This document shows, piece after piece, positions 39,193 to 49,018 of a DNA stretch of 59,124 bases. Numbering within the stretch: position 1 is the stretch's first letter; each line of letters begins with the position of its first letter. The notes beneath the pieces are model-generated. The model did not search any database and was not told the origin of the DNA. It saw only the letters and a program-made list of their open reading frames with translations. Source of the stretch: a virus (Duplodnaviria; Caudoviricetes); the IMG/VR virus record IMGVR_UViG_3300020306_000005, positions 1-59,124 of that record; one strand, given 5' to 3'. The translations under genes were made by a program, and so were the position numbers.

Positions 39193-39579
39193 ATGACTAA
39201 TACTAATAAGGTGGTTACTAACCAAAATAAGTTTAACTTAAATACCCTAGTGGCTGTACCCCCTAAAGCAGGTGGTAAGATTAATGCCAATACTTTTAAG
39301 TTAGTTGATAACATTGAAGAAGTGTTAAAGGCTAACCCTTTAGGTGGGCAAGCTAGGGTATTAGTATTAACCCTTGCTAAGTTAGGTGGTAAGGCTACTA
39401 AAAGCCAGTTACAAGCTGAACTACTAAAGAATAATAAATCAGGGGTTGAACACTATGATTTAAAATCTACCCCTACTAACGTTGATAAAGTGTTAGGGCA
39501 CTATGTTAAACAGTTAGGTAGTCTTGGTAAGTGGTCTAGTGGTACTAACCCAGCCCCTAAATACTGGGAAGTTAGCTAA
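39193..39579 (+). CDS. stand-alone small basic protein (paralog of 36692)
   Basis: Own promoter (TTTACT...TATACTATAAT), RBS and terminator; QARVLVLTLAKLGGKAT. Confidence 0.7.
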   Translation: MTNTNKVVTNQNKFNLNTLVAVPPKAGGKINANTFKLVDNIEEVLKANPLGGQARVLVLTLAKLGGKATKSQLQAELLKNNKSGVEHYDLKSTPTNVDKVLGHYVKQLGSLGKWSSGTNPAPKYWEVS

Positions 39580-39587
39580 CTAACTAT

Positions 39588-39616
39588 AAAAGGGGCTAAT
39601 TACTAGCCCCTTTTTT
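39588..39616 (+). terminator. bidirectional-type terminator
   Basis: AAAAGGGGCTA-ATTAC-TAGCCCCTTTTTT. Confidence 0.8.
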
Positions 39617-39629
39617 ATTACCTACTAAA

Positions 39630-39650
39630 TGATAATGATAATCATTATCA
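39630..39650. promoter_or_regulatory. perfect consensus Fur box
   Basis: TGATAATGATAATCATTATCA contains the canonical 19-bp GATAATGATAATCATTATC with no mismatch. Confidence 0.7.
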
Positions 39651-39824
39651 AGCTACCACCACCCTATTATTAAACGCTATATATAAGGGGCTACCCCCTT
39701 AACTACAGATAACATCTTTATTTAAGCACTAAAGTGCAAGGCTCTCAGCCGATATCTCAAAAATTTTGGGATAGGAACCTTCTAAAGGCTTTTATTTTTT
39801 CAAAAAATAGTTTATATGTAAAAT

Positions 39825-40361
39825 ATGGTTAATGACTCTAACAGAGACGACCCATCATTTGATATAGGTTTTCAGGGACTAGCAAGTCTAGGCGATCCTG
39901 GAATTGGTCCAGTTGATATGGGTAGTGTTCCAAATACATTTGGAAGCATGCCAGGAAATACTCCAACAACTATGGGTTTAACACAAGCAGCGATTCAAGG
40001 TTTAGGAGCCTCACCAAATGTTCAAATAAGTGGGTTAGGAGGAGTCCCAAGACCAGGAGTTTCTGATAGGAAGCCTATGGCTCAAGGTATGTCTTTTCAA
40101 GATTTTTTACAAAACCAGTTTCAAGAACCAAAAGACTTTGTTAAATTTGGTACAGGTATTTTATCTTTTCTTCCTTCTCCTGTACAACCTTTTGCTCAAA
40201 TTATATCAAAAGGATTAACTTTAAGTGATATAAGCGACGCTGTACAAGGCAAAGGTACAGGAATCATGCAAACTGCAGCAGACACACTTAGTAGTTTCGA
40301 TTTAGGAGCAATTACGAAAAAACTTGCAGATATAGCAACACAAAATGAACCATCTCAATAA
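39825..40361 (+). CDS. hypothetical Gly/Pro-rich protein
   Basis: 178 aa ORF overlapping the terL start. Confidence 0.55.
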   Translation: MVNDSNRDDPSFDIGFQGLASLGDPGIGPVDMGSVPNTFGSMPGNTPTTMGLTQAAIQGLGASPNVQISGLGGVPRPGVSDRKPMAQGMSFQDFLQNQFQEPKDFVKFGTGILSFLPSPVQPFAQIISKGLTLSDISDAVQGKGTGIMQTAADTLSSFDLGAITKKLADIATQNEPSQ

Positions 40362-41859
40362 TTTAACAGACGTAGAAAAATTTATATCTACAACAGATTT
40401 AACAACTTTAAAACGTGATGAATTATTAGAATTAAATTTAATAACGGATGAATTAAAACGAAGAAAGCTTCAAGGAGAATGCCGAGAAAATTTTTTAACC
40501 TTTGTTAGAACAATGTGGAGTTCGTTTATCGAAGGAGCACATCACCGAATTATGTGCGAACAATTTAATAAAATCGCAAAAGGTGAATTAAAACGAGTAA
40601 TTATTAATATGGCACCACGACATTCGAAGTCAGAAATGTCTTCTTATATGCTTCCATCGTGGCTTTTAGGTATTCGACCTGATTTAAAAATAATCCAAGC
40701 AACACATACAGGTGAACTTGCTGTACGTTTTGGTAGAAAAGTTAGAGATTTAGTTGATACGAGAGAATATAAAGAAATTTTTCCTAATGTTTCGTTACGT
40801 GCTGACTCAAAAGCAGCAGGTCGATGGGAAACAACCGAAGGTGGCGAATATTTTGCGTCTGGTGTAGGGGGTGCGATTACTGGTAGAGGTGCAGATATCT
40901 TAATAATTGACGATCCACACTCGGAACAAGACGCTTTAAGCGAAACAGCAATGGAAATGGCATACGAATGGTACACTTCTGGACCACGACAAAGACTACA
41001 ACCTGGAGGAGTTATCATTTTAGTGATGACAAGGTGGTCAAAAAAGGACTTAACAGGTCAATTATTAAAGGCACAGATGTCAGATTTAAAAGCAGATAAG
41101 TGGGAATTGATAGAATTTCCTGCAATTATGCCATCTGGTAAGCCAGTTTGGGAAGAATTTTGGAAAATTGAAGAATTAGAAGGAATACGAGCCTCATTAC
41201 CTCATTCGAAGTGGTCTGCTCAATGGATGCAAGAGCCAACAGGAGGTGATGGAGCTATAATTAAGAAAGAATGGATCCAAATTTGGGAAAAATCGAGCCC
41301 TCCAGCAGTTAGTTTTATAATACAGAGCTACGATACAGCATTTTTGAAGTCAGAAAGGGCTGATTATAGTGCGATTACGACTTGGGGCGTATTTTATGTA
41401 AACGAAGGCGATGAACCTAATATAGTTTTACTTGATTCTATCCGAGATAGGTACACTTTTCCTGAATTAAAACAAGTTGCTCACGAAAGTTATTTACATT
41501 GGGAGCCAGATTCAGTTATCATCGAATCTAAGGCGTCAGGAATGCCATTAACACAAGAATTACGAGCTATGGGTATTCCTGTACAAAATTATTCGCCTAA
41601 TAGGGGGCAAGATAAAATTGCTAGGACTAACGCAGTGGCACCACTTTTCGAATCAGGAATGGTTTGGGTGCCAGAAACAAGATGGGCAGAAGAACTTGTT
41701 GAAGAACTTACAGAATTTCCTAATGGAGACCACGATGATTTGGTCGATTCGACTACACAAGCCCTTTTACGGTTTCGTCAAGGAGGATTCGTGAGACATC
41801 CATCCGATTATGAAGACGAAACTTTAGAAAACAATGTAAAAGAATTTGTTTATTATTGA
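40345..41859 (+). CDS. terL: terminase large subunit
   Basis: APRHSKS Walker A, LIIDDP Walker B, SYDTA, IESKASG and HDDLVDS motifs. Confidence 0.95.
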   Translation: MNHLNNLTDVEKFISTTDLTTLKRDELLELNLITDELKRRKLQGECRENFLTFVRTMWSSFIEGAHHRIMCEQFNKIAKGELKRVIINMAPRHSKSEMSSYMLPSWLLGIRPDLKIIQATHTGELAVRFGRKVRDLVDTREYKEIFPNVSLRADSKAAGRWETTEGGEYFASGVGGAITGRGADILIIDDPHSEQDALSETAMEMAYEWYTSGPRQRLQPGGVIILVMTRWSKKDLTGQLLKAQMSDLKADKWELIEFPAIMPSGKPVWEEFWKIEELEGIRASLPHSKWSAQWMQEPTGGDGAIIKKEWIQIWEKSSPPAVSFIIQSYDTAFLKSERADYSAITTWGVFYVNEGDEPNIVLLDSIRDRYTFPELKQVAHESYLHWEPDSVIIESKASGMPLTQELRAMGIPVQNYSPNRGQDKIARTNAVAPLFESGMVWVPETRWAEELVEELTEFPNGDHDDLVDSTTQALLRFRQGGFVRHPSDYEDETLENNVKEFVYY

Positions 41860-41866
41860 GGTATAA

Positions 41867-44227
41867 ATGGCTATAGAAAAGAAAAAACCTATTGAACTTG
41901 TAACAGACGAAGAAGATATCGAAATAGAAGTCGATGATCAAGAGTCAGAAGAAATTGCTTTTGACCCTGAAAATACTGTATTACTAGAAGATGGTAGTGC
42001 AGTAGTTAATTATGAAGAAACATCTACACAAGGAGGACAAGATGATTTTTACAAAAATCTCGCAGATGATATTGACGATAGCTCACTCAATGAAATCGCT
42101 AGTGATCTTATTGAATCCTATAAAGAAGACCTCGAATCAAGACAAGACTGGCTCGACAGCTACACAGAAGGACTGGATCTCTTGGGAACGTCTACAGACG
42201 ATAGGAGCGAACCTTTCAGAGGAGCGTCAGGAGTCTACCACCCACTCCTCGCAGAAAGTGCAACCCAGTTCCAAAGCCAAGCGTACAAAGAACTCCTCCC
42301 CCCAGGAGGTCCAGTCCAAACGAGGATCGTCGGTGAAACGTCGAAAGAAGTCGAAGACCAAGCAGAAAGGGTAAGAGGTTTTATGAACTACATGATACTT
42401 GATGTCATGGAAGAGTTCGACCCTGAATTAGATCAAATGTTATATTACCTACCTTTAACAGGGTCAGCGTTTAAAAAGACATATTATGATCAAACATTAA
42501 AAAGACCAGTTAGTAAATTTGTACCTGCTGATGATTTAGTTGTTTCGTATACAGAAAGTAATTTACAAACTTGTCCTCGTTTTACCCATGTTGTAACAAT
42601 GCCTTATAACGATTTAAGAAAGTTACAAGTTTCTGGGTTTTATAAAGATGTAGAAATATTAGAGGATGAAGAACAAGAAACAAATGAATCTAAAGAAAAG
42701 ATACAAGAAATAACAGGATTCAGACGTTCCTCCCAAGCGTCTGATATGGTCACTTTGCTTGAAATGCATGTTGACCTAGACTTAGAAGGATATGAAGATG
42801 CTGATGAACAAGAGACACCTACTGGCATAGCAATTCCTTACATTGTTACAGTTCACGAAGATTCAATGGAAGTCTTAGCTATACGAAGAAACTATAGGAG
42901 TGAGGATCCCTCCAAACAACGTATAAAATATTTTACGCATTATAAGTTTACTCCTGGACTTGGTTTCTATGGTTTTGGCTTAATCCATATGATTGGTGGT
43001 TTAACTAAATCAGCAACTTCTATCCTTCGACAGTTGATTGATGCAGGAACATTAGCTAATTTACCAGCAGGATTTAAATCAAGAGGATTAAGAGTACGAG
43101 ACGATGATCAGCCCCTACAACCAGGAGAATTTAGAGATGTCGATGCTCCAGGATCCTCGATTCGTGAAGCAATTATGCCTCTACCTTATAAAGAACCATC
43201 AGCAACATTATTACAAATGTTAGGTGTTTTAATTGATAGTGGTAGAAGATTTGCATCTGTAGCAGATATAAATGTAGGTGATTCTAATCAAGCTATGCCT
43301 GTAGGAACAACTGTAGCTTTATTAGAACAAGGTACAAAAATTTTATCAGCTATACATAAACGATTACATTATGCACAAAGACAAGAATTAAAAATATTAG
43401 CAGAAGTAATGAAAGAAGGCTTATTACCTGAGTACCCATACAAAGTTCCAGGAGCAAAATCAACAATAAAAGTAGACGACTTTGACGATAGAGTAGATGT
43501 TATTCCAACAAGTGATCCAGCTATGTTTAGTATGAGTCAAAGAATATCTATGGCACAAACTCAACTTCAACTAGCACAGGCAGCACCACAAATCCATGAC
43601 TTACAAGAAGCATATAGAAGAATGTATTCAGCGTTGGGCGTCCAAAATATTGACTCCATCTTACCACCTAAAGCTGAGATGGTACCAAAAGATCCAGCAA
43701 CTGAAAATGGCGAAGCTCTTATGGCAAAGCCACTTAAAGCGTTTCCACAACAGAATCACGATGCACACGTTGCTACCCATTCGGCTTTCTTACAAGATCC
43801 AAATATGCAAAAAAATCAAATCGTTATGCAAACGCTTATGGCACATATGCAAGAACATTTGGCGTTAAAGTATAGACAGCAAGTTGAACAAATAATAGGT
43901 CAACCTTTACCAGCAGAAGGACAAGTATTACCTCCAGAACAAGAAGCTATGTTATCACAAGCTACTGCACAAGCAACACAGGAGATTAGTCAAATGGCAC
44001 AACAAATCGCAGGAACAGGACAGTTTGATCCTATAGTAAAATTAAAAGAACAAGAACTTCAGATTGAAGCAGCAGAAGTACAAAGAAAAGCAAGTGCAGA
44101 TATTGCAAGACAAGAACTTGCTGCAGCAAAATTACAGCAAGAGGGTCAAATAAAACGACAGCAAATACAATCCGATGAGGATATTGCTGCATTAAAAGCA
44201 GAAACATCAATAGCAAATAGGAGATAA
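41867..44227 (+). CDS. portal protein
   Basis: Follows terL; HPLLAES, GSAFKKTYYD and GFYGFGLIH motifs; Q-rich barrel. Confidence 0.88.
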   Translation: MAIEKKKPIELVTDEEDIEIEVDDQESEEIAFDPENTVLLEDGSAVVNYEETSTQGGQDDFYKNLADDIDDSSLNEIASDLIESYKEDLESRQDWLDSYTEGLDLLGTSTDDRSEPFRGASGVYHPLLAESATQFQSQAYKELLPPGGPVQTRIVGETSKEVEDQAERVRGFMNYMILDVMEEFDPELDQMLYYLPLTGSAFKKTYYDQTLKRPVSKFVPADDLVVSYTESNLQTCPRFTHVVTMPYNDLRKLQVSGFYKDVEILEDEEQETNESKEKIQEITGFRRSSQASDMVTLLEMHVDLDLEGYEDADEQETPTGIAIPYIVTVHEDSMEVLAIRRNYRSEDPSKQRIKYFTHYKFTPGLGFYGFGLIHMIGGLTKSATSILRQLIDAGTLANLPAGFKSRGLRVRDDDQPLQPGEFRDVDAPGSSIREAIMPLPYKEPSATLLQMLGVLIDSGRRFASVADINVGDSNQAMPVGTTVALLEQGTKILSAIHKRLHYAQRQELKILAEVMKEGLLPEYPYKVPGAKSTIKVDDFDDRVDVIPTSDPAMFSMSQRISMAQTQLQLAQAAPQIHDLQEAYRRMYSALGVQNIDSILPPKAEMVPKDPATENGEALMAKPLKAFPQQNHDAHVATHSAFLQDPNMQKNQIVMQTLMAHMQEHLALKYRQQVEQIIGQPLPAEGQVLPPEQEAMLSQATAQATQEISQMAQQIAGTGQFDPIVKLKEQELQIEAAEVQRKASADIARQELAAAKLQQEGQIKRQQIQSDEDIAALKAETSIANRR

Positions 44228-44229
44228 AA

Positions 44230-44484
44230 ATGGGTAAAAAAGAAGCTCAAAAATATATTCAAATGAAAGAGGATGAAACAGATCCTGATAAAATTCAAAT
44301 ATTAGAATTAGATATTCAAAGAGAATTAGGTCTTGATCCAAAAGATTTAAAAGATGATGTTGTTAAAAAAATGGGTGGTGGCTATATGGGTGGAATGTTT
44401 TCTGGTGATGAAGTTCTAGCTGCTGGTAATTCAAAAGGTGGAAGAAAAGCACTTAAAGGAATAAAGTTTAAAGGCGTATTATAA
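44230..44484 (+). CDS. hypothetical protein
   Basis: ALKGIKFKGV C-terminal motif. Confidence 0.6.
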   Translation: MGKKEAQKYIQMKEDETDPDKIQILELDIQRELGLDPKDLKDDVVKKMGGGYMGGMFSGDEVLAAGNSKGGRKALKGIKFKGVL

Positions 44485-44675
44485 TGGATTTCGAATATCT
44501 TTTAAAAAAGATAGTCGGAGAACGACGAGCAGAATTAAGCGAAATGCTTATGTCGAATGGTATTGCTAATATGGAACAATACCAAAATGTTATGGGTCAA
44601 CTTTCTGCATTGACTCATGTAGAAGAAACTTTAAAGTCAATAATAAATAAAAGGGAGAGTACCGAAGATGACTAA
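44484..44675 (+). CDS. hypothetical protein
   Basis: Conserved position between portal and GroES-like gene. Confidence 0.65.
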   Translation: MDFEYLLKKIVGERRAELSEMLMSNGIANMEQYQNVMGQLSALTHVEETLKSIINKRESTEDD

Positions 44676-45123
44676 AACACTATTCGTTCCTGACCATGTT
44701 AAGGAACGCTTGGCTGTTAAGAAAGAAGAACAGTCAAATCCTTTTGATCCTAGAGTTTTGGGATTACCAGAGGATACAGAAAATTTGAGTGCATTAGAAA
44801 GAATGCCGAAACCTACAGGTTGGAGAATATTAATCCTTCCTTATACTATTCCAAAAAAGAAAAATGGAATTCATTACGCAGATGAAACAGTCGAAAGAAC
44901 ACAATTAGCAACTAATGTTGGTTATGTTGTTGAACTTGGACCTGATGCTTATAGAGATGAAAATAAATTTCCTGATGGTGCTTGGTGTAAAAAAGGCGAT
45001 TGGGTTTTATTTGGAAGATATGCAGGATCAAGGTTTAAAATCGATGGTGCAGAGCCTAGATTATTAAACGATGATGAAATTTTAGCAGTGATTCACGATC
45101 CTCGTGATGTACAAGTAGTATAA
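44668..45123 (+). CDS. GroES/Cpn10-like co-chaperonin
   Basis: PTGWRILILP, VVELGPDAY, GDWVLFGRYAG and LLNDDEILAV motifs. Confidence 0.85.
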   Translation: MTKTLFVPDHVKERLAVKKEEQSNPFDPRVLGLPEDTENLSALERMPKPTGWRILILPYTIPKKKNGIHYADETVERTQLATNVGYVVELGPDAYRDENKFPDGAWCKKGDWVLFGRYAGSRFKIDGAEPRLLNDDEILAVIHDPRDVQVV

Positions 45124-45132
45124 GGAGAAATT

Positions 45133-46044
45133 ATGGAAAATACACAATTACAAGAAAAGCCACAAGATGAGCAATTAAAACTAAATATCGAAGTGGAAGA
45201 AGATGAAAAAGACGAGGGTGTTGAAGTAAAAACAGAAGAAGCATCTGAAGAGCCTAAAGAAGAAAATAATAAAAAAGACCAAGAACTAAATGAATATTCT
45301 GGTGATGTAAAAAAGAGAATAGATACTTTAACTTGGAAGATGAGAGAAGCAGAACGAAGAGAAAAAGCTGCACTTGATTTTGCTACTAAAGTTAAAAAAG
45401 AAAATGACGAACTCTCTAGTAAAATGTCTACTACTGAAAAAAGTCTCAATGAGCAATACAGTGGTAAAATTGAAAGTCAACTTAATGAAGCAAAAAGAGC
45501 ATATAAATTAGCTTATGCTGAGGGAGATACTGACGCAATGGCTGATGCATCTGCTTTAATTGCAAAATTAAGCGTAGAAGAAGAAAACGCTAAAAAAGAA
45601 AAAGCTAAGTTAGACAGTGTAAAAGAAGTTGAAGTAGAAGATCCTCAAAAAGTTGTAAATAAAGCAGTAGAAAAAGCTCCACCACCAGACGCAAAGTCTA
45701 TAGAGTGGGCTTCTAAAAATCCTTGGTTTGGAAAAAAGAAAGGAATGACCTTTACAGCATACGAATTTCACCGTACACTGACTGAAGAAGAAGGATATGA
45801 TGCTACATCAGATGAATACTATGCAGAAATCGATAGAAGAATGAGAGAAGAATTTCCAGCAAGTATGTTTGAAGAATCGAATTCAGGAACAACTCGTCCA
45901 AACGCCCAGACAGTTGCTCCTGCTACTCGCAATAAAAAAAGTGGGCGAAATACTGTTCGCTTGACTAAAAGTCAAGTGGCTATTGCTAAAAAACTTGGAG
46001 TACCACTCGAAGAATATGCAAAACATGTGAAGGAGCCAAATTAA
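45133..46044 (+). CDS. putative scaffolding protein
   Basis: Acidic coiled coil; WASKNPWF; IAKKLGVPLEEYAK C-terminus. Confidence 0.7.
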   Translation: MENTQLQEKPQDEQLKLNIEVEEDEKDEGVEVKTEEASEEPKEENNKKDQELNEYSGDVKKRIDTLTWKMREAERREKAALDFATKVKKENDELSSKMSTTEKSLNEQYSGKIESQLNEAKRAYKLAYAEGDTDAMADASALIAKLSVEEENAKKEKAKLDSVKEVEVEDPQKVVNKAVEKAPPPDAKSIEWASKNPWFGKKKGMTFTAYEFHRTLTEEEGYDATSDEYYAEIDRRMREEFPASMFEESNSGTTRPNAQTVAPATRNKKSGRNTVRLTKSQVAIAKKLGVPLEEYAKHVKEPN

Positions 46045-46520
46045 TGACTGAAAAACAACAATCACAACAGAACAGATCCTCTCGTGCAAGTGAAACTCGT
46101 TCAACTCAAGAACGCAAAAAACTTTGGAGACCAGCATCATCGCTTGATGCACCACAGCCCCCTGAAGGCTATAAATACAGGTGGATAAGAACAGAAGTAA
46201 GAGGCTTTCAAGATCAGAAAAATGTTTCTGCCCGATTAAGAGAAGGATACGAGCCTGTTCGCTCTGATGACCATCCAGATTTTCCTGCACCTACTATCGA
46301 AGATGGTAAACACGCAGGAACTATTGGTGTCGGTGGGTTAATGTTGGCAAAAGTGCCTGAGGAAGTTGTAGAGGCAAGAACTGAATACTTTCAGGATCAA
46401 ACTGAAGATCAGATGACTGCAGTCGATAACGACCTCTTGAAAGAGGAACATCCGTCTATGCCTATAAGCAAAGATAGAGGTTCCAAAGTAACTTTTGGTG
46501 GTCCAAGAACGAAAGTTTGA
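46044..46520 (+). CDS. conserved head-region protein
   Basis: PEGYKYRWIR, REGYEPV and VGGLMLAK motifs. Confidence 0.65.
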   Translation: MTEKQQSQQNRSSRASETRSTQERKKLWRPASSLDAPQPPEGYKYRWIRTEVRGFQDQKNVSARLREGYEPVRSDDHPDFPAPTIEDGKHAGTIGVGGLMLAKVPEEVVEARTEYFQDQTEDQMTAVDNDLLKEEHPSMPISKDRGSKVTFGGPRTKV

Positions 46521-46554
46521 GGATTGATTTTAACTATTAAACTAGGAGCGTAAA

Positions 46555-47199
46555 ATGGCAAATATTAATGTCGCTTTTGGCTTGAGACCAGTTTCTAAAC
46601 TTGGTCAAAATGTCAACAGTACTGGTAATTCAGGATATACTTTTTACGAAATAGCTTCTGATAACTCTAATAAAATCTATCAAGGTTCTCCAGTAATTCC
46701 ATTAAGCACAGGCTTTATTGATAAAGTTGGTGCTGCAGCAGGAGGAACTGTAGGTCTATTAGGTGTTTTTGGTGGCTGTGAATTTGTATCATCAACAACT
46801 GGAAAACCAGTATTTTCTAATGCTTGGCTAGGAAGTGGTGCAGACACTAACTTTCCTATAAAAGCATACGTCTATGATGATCCTATGCAATTATATGCTA
46901 TAGCATCTGATGCATCGTTAACAAGTGAGGCTACTCTACGTGGTCACGTTTTTGCGAATGCAAATTTTTCAGATGGTGCAGCAGGATCAGATACTACAGG
47001 TATTTCTTCAGCAAAGTTAGCAGTAAGCACTATTAATACTACTGCAAACTTAAATCTTCGTATTATGGGTTGGCAAGAAGACGCTAACAATGAAGATTTT
47101 ACTGCAGCAGGTATTCCTGTAGTTGTAAGACTTAACAACCACTTCAATTCACCAAATGGTGGAATTGCTGCTGGTACCCCATCAACCCTTGGCGTATAG
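46555..47199 (+). CDS. capsid decoration/stabilising protein
   Basis: MANINVAFGLRPV start; directly before the MCP gene. Confidence 0.65.
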   Translation: MANINVAFGLRPVSKLGQNVNSTGNSGYTFYEIASDNSNKIYQGSPVIPLSTGFIDKVGAAAGGTVGLLGVFGGCEFVSSTTGKPVFSNAWLGSGADTNFPIKAYVYDDPMQLYAIASDASLTSEATLRGHVFANANFSDGAAGSDTTGISSAKLAVSTINTTANLNLRIMGWQEDANNEDFTAAGIPVVVRLNNHFNSPNGGIAAGTPSTLGV

Positions 47200-47208
47200 G
47201 AGAGAGTA

Positions 47209-48120
47209 ATGGCTATTTCAAGAGCACAATTAGCAAAAGAGCTAGAACCTGGACTGAACGCCCTCTTTGGTATGGAGTTTAGTCGATATGAAAACGAACA
47301 TGCAGAAATCTTTGATACTGAAACTTCAGATAGAGCATTTGAAGAAGAGGTAATGTTATCAGGTTTCGGAACTGCACCTACAAAGTCAGAAGGAACAGCA
47401 GTAAATTTTGATACTGCAAATGAGTCCTTCACTGCTAGGTACACACACGAAACAGTGGCATTAGCCTTCTCAATAACTGAAGAAGCTATCGAAGACAATC
47501 TATATGATCGTCTTGGTGCAAGGTATACAAGAGCCCTTGCAAGATCAATGGCACACACAAAGCAAGTGAAAGCAGCATCCATTTTAAACAATGCGTTTAC
47601 TGCTGGAGCCTTTGCTGGTGGAGACGGTGTAGCATTATGTGATGCATCTCACCCATTAGTAAGTGGTGGAACATTTGCTAACGAGCCATCAACTGCTGCA
47701 GATTTAAATGAAACATCTTTAGAAGATGCTTTAATTTCTATCGCAGGATTTGTAGATGAAAGAGGATTAAAGATTGCCTTAAGAGGTATGAAATTAATCA
47801 TTCCTTCTCAGTTACAGTTCGTAGCAGAGAGACTTATGCAGTCTGCACAGCGTGTAGCAACTGCAGATAACGATATCAATGCTTTAAGAAATATGGGAAT
47901 GATCCCACAAGGTTATGTAATTAACCATTTCTTAACAGACACTGATGCGTTTTTTATTAAAACCGATGCTCCAAACGGATTTAAGCATTTCGAAAGAGCA
48001 CCGATTAAAACTCAAATGGAAGGTGATTTCGACACTGGAAATATGAGATTTAAAGCAAGGGAAAGATATTCTTTTGGATTTTCTGACCCTCGTTGTGTTT
48101 TTGGTTCTCCAGGAGCATAA
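47209..48120 (+). CDS. major capsid protein
   Basis: MAISRAQLAKELEPGLNALFG start; FDTGNMRFKARERYSFG; followed by terminator. Confidence 0.9.
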   Translation: MAISRAQLAKELEPGLNALFGMEFSRYENEHAEIFDTETSDRAFEEEVMLSGFGTAPTKSEGTAVNFDTANESFTARYTHETVALAFSITEEAIEDNLYDRLGARYTRALARSMAHTKQVKAASILNNAFTAGAFAGGDGVALCDASHPLVSGGTFANEPSTAADLNETSLEDALISIAGFVDERGLKIALRGMKLIIPSQLQFVAERLMQSAQRVATADNDINALRNMGMIPQGYVINHFLTDTDAFFIKTDAPNGFKHFERAPIKTQMEGDFDTGNMRFKARERYSFGFSDPRCVFGSPGA

Positions 48121-48127
48121 AAAAATT

Positions 48128-48157
48128 AAAAGGGTGACTAGTCAGTCACCCTTTTTT
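48128..48157 (+). terminator. terminator after MCP
   Basis: AGGGTGACT-AGTC-AGTCACCCT plus T tract. Confidence 0.85.
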
Positions 48158-48175
48158 AATATATACTGAAACAAA

Positions 48176-48220
48176 CCTTGACAACTACATGATGTAGTTG
48201 ACAGTTGCCAAGACAAGGAG
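48176..48220 (+). promoter_or_regulatory. structured 5' leader occluding the RBS
   Basis: CCTTG/CAAGG closing stem, CAACTACA/TGTAGTTG hairpin, TATACT at 48162. Confidence 0.5.
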
Positions 48221-48226
48221 TGTAAC

Positions 48227-48712
48227 ATGGCTAATACAACTTTTAACGGTCCAGTCCGTTCGGAAAATGGATTTAAATCAATTATAAAAAATTCTACAAC
48301 AGGTGGTCTCACTAATGAGATGACTTTATCAACTTATTCTACAAGCATAACTATTGCTGCATCAGGAACTGCTTTTAAAGAATCTTCTATAGGAATACCA
48401 AGTAATTTTATACCTATGGGTGTAGCTATTACTGTAACTGCAGCAACAACAAATAATGTAAATATTAACGACATAGGAACTGATGCAGATACTGATGGTT
48501 ATGTTGATGGTATTTCAGCAGGATTAAATAGCACAGGCTTTAAAGGATTCTTCCCATGTAACGGTGTTTTAGGAATGTCTGGTGGTGCTACAACTGCAGC
48601 AACAGAAACTGCAGACGAAGTTGAAATGGTAATCTCTGGAGCAGCAGGTGGTTCTGGTGGAACAGTTGCATTGAAATTTTTCGGAATTAGTTCTGATTCA
48701 CCAACAGCATAA
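48227..48712 (+). CDS. virion structural protein
   Basis: MANTTFNGPVRSENGF start. Confidence 0.7.
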   Translation: MANTTFNGPVRSENGFKSIIKNSTTGGLTNEMTLSTYSTSITIAASGTAFKESSIGIPSNFIPMGVAITVTAATTNNVNINDIGTDADTDGYVDGISAGLNSTGFKGFFPCNGVLGMSGGATTAATETADEVEMVISGAAGGSGGTVALKFFGISSDSPTA

Positions 48713-48724
48713 CAGGAGGTTATC

Positions 48725-49012
48725 GTGCCAGGAACAAGGTCTGATGTAAAAGCCTTTAATGTTAATCAGGGAGCCTCTGCTGCAGTAATTGGACCAGCGA
48801 GATCAAGAATAAGACAAATAGTTATTTTTGCAGATGCCGCAGGTGCAATCACTATTACAAATGGTAATGGTGGCGATACTTTAATAGCACAGAGTTTTCC
48901 AACTGGTTTACATACGCTTAATATTCCTGATAATGGAATATTAGCAGAAAATGGGGCATACTTATCTGCATTTAGTGGCAGTAGTAATAAGTTAACAATC
49001 TTCTTGTCATAA
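48725..49012 (+). CDS. virion structural protein (GTG start)
   Basis: AGGAGG RBS; IPDNGIL motif. Confidence 0.65.
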   Translation: MPGTRSDVKAFNVNQGASAAVIGPARSRIRQIVIFADAAGAITITNGNGGDTLIAQSFPTGLHTLNIPDNGILAENGAYLSAFSGSSNKLTIFLS

Positions 49013-49018
49013 AGTGTT

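Noticed and set aside
46944-47591. 215-aa minus-strand ORF and other antisense or nested ORFs in the track
   Set aside because: They are shadows of well-supported plus-strand genes, with no RBS or motifs.
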